Assembly (NCBI GenBank): GCA_963843975.1
Contig: CAWJMG010000001.1
Coordinates: 390,001 to 422,000, forward strand
Reading direction: 5' to 3'
DNA length: 32,000 nt
Source of the DNA: an uncultured Actinomycetes bacterium
Lineage (GTDB): Bacteria > Actinomycetota > Actinomycetes > S36-B12 > CAIYMF01
This document shows positions 18,269 to 24,151 of the stretch, piece after piece. The notes below the pieces were generated by a model, which was given only the letters and a program-made list of their open reading frames with translations, had not been told where the DNA came from and did not search any database. Within the stretch, counting starts at the first letter, position 1. Each line of letters begins with the position of its first letter. The position numbers were made by a program, and so were the translations under genes.

Positions 18269-18433
18269 TTACTCAGTCAGCGCGGGCCAGTTGTGCCAGC
18301 AGGTGTCGCAGTCTGGAGCGCCGCAGTGCATCCACCCGTCGCAGGTCATGTCCGGCTCCCAGAGGACGTGCTCGGAGATGGGGTGGGGGCACAGGTCGCA
18401 GACCGCAGGTGCAACCCACGGAGAACTACTCAC
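18269..18433 (-). CDS. unannotated 54-aa Cys/Trp/His-rich small ORF (candidate zinc-binding micro-protein)
   Basis: My own translation: MSSSPWVAPAVCDLCPHPISEHVLWEPDMTCDGWMHCGAPDCDTCWHNWPALTE, with stop TAA. GTG start, with GGGAGA 9 nt upstream. Most third codon positions are G/C. It lies 41 nt downstream of the DUF4288 gene on the same strand. It is too short for the ORF track. Confidence 0.4.
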   Translation of the reverse strand: MSSSPWVAPAVCDLCPHPISEHVLWEPDMTCDGWMHCGAPDCDTCWHNWPALTE

Positions 18434-18474
18434 GGGAACCAGTCTCCCTGGTCACAACCGAGCGAGATCGGCAC

Positions 18475-18831
18475 TTACGAGGCAGGACGGTTGTTCTCGG
18501 TCCCGGTGTCGAAGAAGCGGGTGAGGTAGTCGTTTGGCTTCCGGTTGCTCTCGCGCAGCATCGAGAAGATCTCGATGCCCTCGCCGGGCTCATCCCACTC
18601 GCTCATGCGGTATGCCTGTGCGAACGACAGGTACCTGAACGGCCCTTGGGTCGGGTCGTCACCGGAGATGTACCCGTGGGCCTCCGCCTCCGCCTTACTG
18701 ATCGCCTCGTCGAAGGTGGCAGCTCGCCACAGGGTGATCCGCTCCTCGTAGACCCGCCGCTTCTTCCTTCCCGGCCCTCGCCATTCGAAGAGGCAGCGAA
18801 CCGAGTACCACGACTGAGTTGGCTCCGACAC
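18475..18831 (-). CDS. DUF4288-like protein
   Basis: Track ORF of 118 aa: WYSVRCLFEW...YEERITLWRAATFDEAISKAEAEAHGY. This resembles DUF4288 as I recall it. GTG start with AGGAAGGA 8 nt upstream. Its GC is lower than the backbone. Confidence 0.7.
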   Translation of the reverse strand: MSEPTQSWYSVRCLFEWRGPGRKKRRVYEERITLWRAATFDEAISKAEAEAHGYISGDDPTQGPFRYLSFAQAYRMSEWDEPGEGIEIFSMLRESNRKPNDYLTRFFDTGTENNRPAS

Positions 18832-18914
18832 GCTGACGATCCTTCCTCACCAAGGCGAGCCCGAACGGCACTTCGGCGCGTGACTTCTTCGGGCCGTGAG
18901 GAGACCCCCCTGAC

Positions 18915-18920
18915 TATGGT
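18915..18920 (+). promoter_or_regulatory. -10-like TATGGT 6 nt upstream of ATG 18927 (leaderless arrangement)
   Basis: gacTATGGTcgctccATG. Confidence 0.35.
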
Positions 18921-18926
18921 CGCTCC

Positions 18927-19556
18927 ATGGTGACGGGCCGAAGGATCGCCGAGGACGCGCTGCGCGCCCCGATGACGGAGGCTGGCTGGCAGCCGCGAGC
19001 CGCTGGATGGTTCACCCGGTCGGTGAGCCCCGAACAGCTTGGCGTCATCGCGTTGGGGGTGGCGTCGAAGAACAAGACCGAAGGGTCAGCCGACGTGACG
19101 GCATACGTTGGGCTGCGGGTCGAGGCTGTGGAAACGGTCGTGGCCGACATCTGCGAATCCACGGGCACCGACTACCGCGAACGGACAGTCGTTTCGCCGC
19201 TGGGCTATCTCATGCCCGAGAACCGCTGGCGTGATTGGCACATCGACATCGAATCGGCAGCCATGGTCGCTGGTGAACTGTGCGGCGCAATCCAGTCCAG
19301 CGGGCTGCCATGGCTACGGACGGTGGCGGCCGACGCCGATGCGCTACTCGCACAGGTCAAGGCTTCTCCAGCCTTCGACCAAGCGACCGGCCTGACTCGA
19401 TACGCGGTCCTACTCGCTCAGTCCGGTCGCGTGGACGATGCGCTGGGCTTCATCACCCAGCGTGCTGCTGCATTGGAAGACCGATCCGACCCGTCGGCGG
19501 AAGCGAACCGACGTGCGATGGACCGCCTACGAGACTGGCTCGTCTCGCCTGTCTAA
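18927..19556 (+). CDS. hypothetical protein, 209 aa (weak DUF4304-like N-terminal pattern)
   Basis: Track ORF with coherent codon usage. The N-terminal GWQPRAAGWFTRSV...VIALGVASKNK...VTAYVGLRV pattern loosely recalls DUF4304-type proteins. No catalytic motif is recognised. Confidence 0.65.
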   Translation: MVTGRRIAEDALRAPMTEAGWQPRAAGWFTRSVSPEQLGVIALGVASKNKTEGSADVTAYVGLRVEAVETVVADICESTGTDYRERTVVSPLGYLMPENRWRDWHIDIESAAMVAGELCGAIQSSGLPWLRTVAADADALLAQVKASPAFDQATGLTRYAVLLAQSGRVDDALGFITQRAAALEDRSDPSAEANRRAMDRLRDWLVSPV

Positions 19557-19626
19557 GGCCGTCACAAGGGCGAGCGCGAATGCCGGATACGGGGCGGGTT
19601 CGTCGGGATACGGATGGTCTCCAGGA

Positions 19627-20103
19627 TCAGGCGTCGAGGAGCTCGTCGAGGCGCTCGTAGCCCTCGACGACGCCGGTCTCCATGCCGCCGGCGACGAACG
19701 CGTCGCGGTCGGCGAACGAGTCGACCAGCGACGTCGTCGACAGCCGGGTGCGGGTGCCGCCGTCCAGTGACTCGAAGACCAGCTTCTCCAGGGCGACGCC
19801 GTCGGGCATGCCGTCGAAGGTGAAGGTCTGCACGATGAGCTCGCCAGGCCGCACCTCGTGGAACGAACCGTGGAAGGAGTACTCCTCGTCGCCGCGGCGC
19901 TGCACGAAGACGTAGCCGCCGCCGGTCTCGCAGTCCCAGCGCACCATCTCGTTGGTGAGGCTGCGCGGGCCCAGCCACTGCGCGACGAGCGCAGGATCGG
20001 TGTGCGCCCGGAAGACCTTGTCGACCGGGTGGTCGAACTCGCGCGTGATGCGCACCATCGGCACCTCGGAGTCGACGCTGATCTCGGTGCGGTTCTCGCT
20101 CAT
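19627..20103 (-). CDS. SRPBCC-superfamily protein (Aha1/START-like)
   Basis: Start at ATG 20103 inside the 206-aa track ORF. The product reads MSENRTEISVDSEVPMVRITREFDHPVDKVFRAHTDPALVAQWLGP...GGYVFVQRRGDEEYSFHGSFHEVRPGELIVQTFTF. An ATGA overlap joins it to the ArsR stop. Confidence 0.85.
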   Translation of the reverse strand: MSENRTEISVDSEVPMVRITREFDHPVDKVFRAHTDPALVAQWLGPRSLTNEMVRWDCETGGGYVFVQRRGDEEYSFHGSFHEVRPGELIVQTFTFDGMPDGVALEKLVFESLDGGTRTRLSTTSLVDSFADRDAFVAGGMETGVVEGYERLDELLDA

Positions 20104-20510
20104 GACTGCTTTCCCTTCGTACGACGAGGCTTCGGGGACACCGCCACTGGGGGCGGTACGGGTGAGACGTCGTCCGGCATCGCTGCCAGGACGTCGTCCA
20201 GACGGGCGTAGCGCTCCTCGGCCTGACGCCGGTAGCGCTCGATCCACGCGGTCATCAACGAGAGCACCTCCGCCTCGAGGTGCACGGGGCGCTTCTGCGC
20301 GTCGCGGCCGCGGGAGACGAGACCGGCGTCCTCGAGCACCCGGAGATGCTTGGAGACTGCCTGCAGGCTCACGTCGTACGGCTCGGCGAGCTCGGTGAGC
20401 GTGGCGTCGGCGACCGTCAGCCGCGCGACGAGGTCGCGACGGGTGGGGTCGGCGAGCGCCGCGAACGCCCGCGACAGCGGATCAGCGGACACGTGCACCT
20501 CCTCAACCAT
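20100..20510 (-). CDS. ArsR/SmtB-family transcriptional regulator (Cys-free subgroup)
   Basis: Track ORF of 136 aa: FAALADPTRRDLVARL...ELAEPYDVSLQAVSKHLRVLEDAGLVS. The protein has no cysteine. An alternative start is GTG 20492, with GAGGAGG 5 nt upstream. Confidence 0.85.
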   Translation of the reverse strand: MVEEVHVSADPLSRAFAALADPTRRDLVARLTVADATLTELAEPYDVSLQAVSKHLRVLEDAGLVSRGRDAQKRPVHLEAEVLSLMTAWIERYRRQAEERYARLDDVLAAMPDDVSPVPPPVAVSPKPRRTKGKQS

Positions 20511-20523
20511 GTGGTTGAGGAGG
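20498..20523. promoter_or_regulatory. perfect 12-2-12 palindrome (putative ArsR operator 1)
   Basis: CCTCCTCAACCA-TG-TGGTTGAGGAGG. It is centred on the annotated ATG (20508-20510). Confidence 0.6.
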
Positions 20524-20553
20524 AGGATGCAGCACTCGATGAGGCTTTGTCAA
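20524..20553 (-). promoter_or_regulatory. putative ArsR-SRPBCC promoter
   Basis: The minus strand reads TTGACA (20553-20548), an 18-nt spacer, then CATCCT (20529-20524). The -35 lies inside operator 2 and the predicted +1 falls in operator 1. Confidence 0.45.
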
Positions 20554-20566
20554 CCAGTTGGTTGAC
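20549..20566. promoter_or_regulatory. 8-2-8 palindrome sharing the operator-1 core (putative ArsR operator 2)
   Basis: GTCAACCA-GT-TGGTTGAC. It shares the TCAACCA-N2-TGGTTGA core with operator 1 and abuts the stop codon of the lipoprotein gene. Confidence 0.55.
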
Positions 20567-21216
20567 TATCCGTTCTGGGCCGCGACGAACGCCTTGGTGG
20601 CAGCGACGAGCGCGGTGCGGTCCGGGCCGTAGAGCTGGACCAGGAGTCCGCCGTCGAAGTAGACGAGGGTCACCGCCAGGTCCTTGGTCGACAGGACGAC
20701 CGCGTCGGTCCCGTCGAGCTTCACCTTCGTCTGCGTCACCTTGCCGGTGAGAGAGGGCTTCACACCGGCAGCCACGCTCTCGAGGATGGACGACGACGGC
20801 ATGTTCCCGAACGACTTCGTGATCTCCGGTGTGTACTGCGCCGCGATGAACACCGCGGCCAGCTCTCCGTCAGATCCCTTGAGCCCCACGGCCTTCACCG
20901 CCGACACGGTGCCGGTCTCCATCATCGCGCCGCTGATGCCGTCGAACTGGGAAGGCGCTGCCTCGACGGTGTAGCCGGGCACGTCCGCGAGCGTGATCTC
21001 CGCCGCCGGGGTGGCCGTCTCCTCGGGCGTGGCAGTCTCCGAGGGCGATGACGACGTGCTGGCGGCGGGCGCCGACGAGGTGGACGCGTCAGAGGTCGCG
21101 GGGCTCGCCACGCTCGCCTGCGCCCCGCTGGACGACCCGCCGCACGCGGTCAGGCCGAGCAGCAGCGGCGCCGCCACGAGAAGGGCGAGGCGTGCGGATG
21201 CGGGACGACGTGACAT
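20566..21216 (-). CDS. lipoprotein, function unknown
   Basis: Track ORF of 216 aa. It has a signal peptide plus lipobox (LLLGLTAC), then a Ser/Thr/Ala/Pro linker and a globular C-terminal domain. GGGGGAG lies upstream of the ATG. Confidence 0.75.
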   Translation of the reverse strand: MSRRPASARLALLVAAPLLLGLTACGGSSSGAQASVASPATSDASTSSAPAASTSSSPSETATPEETATPAAEITLADVPGYTVEAAPSQFDGISGAMMETGTVSAVKAVGLKGSDGELAAVFIAAQYTPEITKSFGNMPSSSILESVAAGVKPSLTGKVTQTKVKLDGTDAVVLSTKDLAVTLVYFDGGLLVQLYGPDRTALVAATKAFVAAQNG

Positions 21217-21303
21217 GGGCTCCCCCTGGTCTGGTGACGACGCGCGCCACCCTAGAGGGCCGCGCGACCGCTGCGCGCGAGGCGCGACGGAACCGTCGAA
21301 CGG

Positions 21304-22230
21304 TCAGCGGCCGCGGAAGTCCAGCGGCGAGTAGCGGGGTCCATGAGCGGGGCGGGAGATGCCCGTCATCTCCACGAGCCGCTGCACGCGACCGCGGTGG
21401 CCGGGCCAGGGAGCGAGCAGCTCGGCGAGCCGGGCGTCGGTGCCGTCCTCCTCGCCGGTCAGCGCGTAGACGACGTTCTTCGCCACGTGGAAGTCGCCGA
21501 AGCTCACGGCGTCCGGGTCACCGAGCGCGCGCGCCGCCACCTCGGCCGACGTCCACTCCCCGATGCCCGGCAGCGCCTCCATCCGCGCACGGGCCTCGGC
21601 GTGCGGGAGGTCGGCACACTGCTGCAGTCGGCCGGCGTACGACGCGGCGCGCAGGATCGTCGCCGACCGCGAGCCGTCCACGCCTGCCTGGTGCCACGCC
21701 CACGACGGCACGGCAGAGACGTCGTCCGCCTTGGGGAACACGAACATCCGCTCGGGTGCCGGCCCGGGTGCGGGCTCGCCGTACGTCGCGAGCAACCACC
21801 CCCACGAGCGCCGCGCCTCGAGCCCGGTGACGCGCTGCTCGAGGATCGCCTGCACGAGCGTCTCGAGCACGACGCCGGTCGACGGCGTGCGCATGCCGGC
21901 GCCGTACCGCGACCACTGCTGCGCCACAAGGGGATGGTGCGACGGGTCGAACTCGCTCACGTCGTCGTCCGCACCGACGATGCGCGGCAGCCGGTCGGCC
22001 GCCCACACGGCGCCCGGCCCCCACGAGGTCGAGACCACGACGCCGTCGCGCACCTCGAGCCGTTGCGTGGCGGGGCCGTCGGGGCTGCGCATCGTGCGCC
22101 AGAGCGCGCGGTCGGGTGTGCGCCGGTACGTCGGGTCGAACCGGCCACGGCCGAGCGCCCCGAGCGTGCCGCCGAGGCTGACCGGCCACGACGGCGTCCA
22201 CTCGCGGACGACCGGTGCGACGGGCTCCAC
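21304..22230 (-). CDS. HhH-GPD DNA glycosylase (AlkA-like 3-methyladenine DNA glycosylase II)
   Basis: In-frame GTG 22230 inside the 678-aa track ORF. The product contains ...LETLVQAILEQRVTGLEARRSW...MEALPGIGEWTSAEVAARALGDPDAVSFGDFHV (helix-hairpin-helix, Gly/Pro loop and Asp). Confidence 0.8.
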   Translation of the reverse strand: MEPVAPVVREWTPSWPVSLGGTLGALGRGRFDPTYRRTPDRALWRTMRSPDGPATQRLEVRDGVVVSTSWGPGAVWAADRLPRIVGADDDVSEFDPSHHPLVAQQWSRYGAGMRTPSTGVVLETLVQAILEQRVTGLEARRSWGWLLATYGEPAPGPAPERMFVFPKADDVSAVPSWAWHQAGVDGSRSATILRAASYAGRLQQCADLPHAEARARMEALPGIGEWTSAEVAARALGDPDAVSFGDFHVAKNVVYALTGEEDGTDARLAELLAPWPGHRGRVQRLVEMTGISRPAHGPRYSPLDFRGR

Positions 22231-22241
22231 GCGCGGTGCGG

Positions 22242-23342
22242 TCAGCGGTCGGAGGAGAAGCGGACCGAGGTCTCCGACAGCGCGACGCCGGGCCACACGC
22301 GCGCGCCGCGCACGAGCTCGTTGCCGGGGCCGATCACGGCACGGTCGCCGACGACGACGCCGTCGAGCCGGGCACCGCTGCCGATGATGGCGCCGGAGCC
22401 GATGACGGAGTCCTTGACGTAGGCACCAGCCGCGATCATCGCGTTGTCGAACAGCGACGAGCCGTCGACGACCGCGCCCGAGCCGATGGTCGCGCCGGCA
22501 CCGACGAACGTGCCGTTGGTGAGGATCGCGTCGGGCTCGACCTCCGCGCCGGGACGCACGAGGAACTGGCCGGTGCGGCCGGGCAGCGCGGGGCTCGGCG
22601 CGCGGCCGAGCACGAGGTCGCACGAGCCCTGCACGAACGCGAGCGGGGTGCCGAGGTCGAGCCAGTAGCCGTCGTCGACGAAGCCGGTGACGACCGCGCC
22701 GCGCGTGAGCAGGCCGGGGAACGTCTCGCGCTCGACCGACACCGGGCGCCCCGTGGGGATGGTGTCGATGACCGACCGGCGGAAGACGTAGCAGCCGGCG
22801 TTGATCTGGTCGGTGACGATCTCCTCGGGCGTCGTGGGCTTCTCGAGGAACTGCGTCACGCGGCCGTCGGCGTCGGTCGGCACCAGGCCGTAGGCCCGCG
22901 GGTCGTCGACGCGGGTGAGGTAGAGCGAGACGTCGGACGAGGTGTCGCGCCACGCCTGCACCTGGCCGGCGATGTCGTGCCCGGACAGGATGTCGCCGTT
23001 GAGGACCAGGACCGGGTCGTCCGGACCGGACAGAAGGTGCGGGGCCACGTGGCGGATCGCGCCACCCGTGCCGAGCGGCACGTCCTCGGTGGCGTAGACG
23101 AGCTCGACACCGAAGCGCGAGCCGTCGCCGAAGTAGTCGAGGAACACCTCGGGCCGGTACGACGTGCCCAGCACGACGCGCGTGACCCCGGCTTCGCGGG
23201 CCCGCGCGATCTGGTGCTCGGTGCACGGCACGCCCGCGACGGGCAGCATCGGCTTGGGCGTGGTGACGGTCAGCGGGCGCAGGCGTGTCCCCTGGCCCCC
23301 GACGAGGAGGACGGCTTCGAGCACGCCGCCACTGTCCCACAC
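22242..23342 (-). CDS. manC: mannose-1-phosphate guanylyltransferase (GDP-mannose pyrophosphorylase)
   Basis: This is the C-terminal 366 codons of the 568-aa track ORF. The product reads LEAVLLVGGQGTRLRPLTVTTPKPMLPVAG...LGTGGAIRHV...INAGCYVF, followed by a left-handed beta-helix tail. It aligns by eye with M. tuberculosis Rv3264c as I recall it. The start is GTG 23342 or GTG 23324. Confidence 0.88.
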   Translation of the reverse strand: MWDSGGVLEAVLLVGGQGTRLRPLTVTTPKPMLPVAGVPCTEHQIARAREAGVTRVVLGTSYRPEVFLDYFGDGSRFGVELVYATEDVPLGTGGAIRHVAPHLLSGPDDPVLVLNGDILSGHDIAGQVQAWRDTSSDVSLYLTRVDDPRAYGLVPTDADGRVTQFLEKPTTPEEIVTDQINAGCYVFRRSVIDTIPTGRPVSVERETFPGLLTRGAVVTGFVDDGYWLDLGTPLAFVQGSCDLVLGRAPSPALPGRTGQFLVRPGAEVEPDAILTNGTFVGAGATIGSGAVVDGSSLFDNAMIAAGAYVKDSVIGSGAIIGSGARLDGVVVGDRAVIGPGNELVRGARVWPGVALSETSVRFSSDR

Positions 23343-23365
23343 CGGCAGGCGGTCGTGGCCCGCCG

Positions 23366-23371
23366 TAGGGT
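23366..23371 (+). promoter_or_regulatory. -10-like TAGGGT 7 nt upstream of GTG 23379 (leaderless arrangement)
   Basis: ccgTAGGGTcgacgacGTG. Confidence 0.35.
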
Positions 23372-23378
23372 CGACGAC

Positions 23379-24134
23379 GTGACCGCCCTCCCCCTTCCCC
23401 GCAGCGTCGCCGACGTCCTCTACGCGCTGCTCGACCGCGAGCCGTCGCGCCCCCTCGTCACCCACGTCGGCCCGGACGGCGCCCGCACCGAGCTCTCGGT
23501 CCGCACGTTCGAGAACAACGCTGCCAAGGCCGCCAACCTGCTGCGCGACGACGCCGACCTGCAGCACGGCGCCGCCGTCGCACTCCGCCTGCCCCTGCAC
23601 TGGCAGACCGCCGTGTGGCTGGGCGCCACCGCGCTGTCCGGCGGGGTCGCCTGGATCGACGGGCCGGCCGACGACCCCGCCGTCGAGGTGGCTGTCCTCG
23701 CGCCCGACGAGCTCGACGCCGGCCGCGCGCCGCTCACGCTGGCAACCTCGCTGCACCCGCTGGGCATGCCGTTCCGCGAGCCCCTCCCGGCGGGCGTGCT
23801 CGACGTCGCCACCGAGGTGCGCGCGCACCCCGACTTCTTCGCGCGGTACGACGTGATCGACCCGGGGTCGCCGTGGCTGCGCGTCGGCAGCACCGAGCTC
23901 AGCCAGGACGCCGCCCTCGACGCAGCGGTGCAGCTCGCGCTCGACCACGATGTCCAGCCGCGATCACGGGTGCTGGTCACGACGCCGCTGTCGGGAGGCT
24001 CCGCAGTGCGCGCCGCGCTCGCGATGCTCGCCCTGCCGCTCGCGCACGACGTCGCCGTCGTGCTGCTCACGGACCCCGACGCCGACGCCGCGGTGGTCGC
24101 GGCTCGCGAGGGCTGCGACGTCGTCCTGGCCTGA
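23379..24134 (+). CDS. conserved actinobacterial protein, TIGR03089-like (distantly AMP-binding-enzyme related)
   Basis: This is the last 251 aa of the 639-aa track ORF: VTALPLPRSVADVLYALLDREPSRPLVTHVGPDGARTELSVRTFENNAAKAANLL... The family assignment is from memory of its usual position beside manC/LCP genes. Confidence 0.7.
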   Translation: MTALPLPRSVADVLYALLDREPSRPLVTHVGPDGARTELSVRTFENNAAKAANLLRDDADLQHGAAVALRLPLHWQTAVWLGATALSGGVAWIDGPADDPAVEVAVLAPDELDAGRAPLTLATSLHPLGMPFREPLPAGVLDVATEVRAHPDFFARYDVIDPGSPWLRVGSTELSQDAALDAAVQLALDHDVQPRSRVLVTTPLSGGSAVRAALAMLALPLAHDVAVVLLTDPDADAAVVAAREGCDVVLA

Positions 24135-24151
24135 ACCGGAACGCGGAGCGG

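Larger units (their letters stand above)
16619..19626. mobile_element. putative horizontally acquired islet (DUF222-HNH gene plus three small lower-GC genes)
   Basis: GC drops in the 18.2-19.6 kb part (63-65% in two hand-counted lines, against about 78% in a backbone line). Gene content is accessory-type. The inverted repeat is at the left edge and a GGATACGG direct repeat (19585-19592, 19606-19613) is at the right edge. No integrase or transposase is present. Confidence 0.35.

Noticed and set aside
19585-19613. tRNA-like fragment / att remnant (GGGTTCG resembling a T-loop) at the right end of the islet
   Set aside because: There is only a 7-nt resemblance. No T-stem complement, acceptor stem or CCA context is present, and the spacer is too short for a tRNA.
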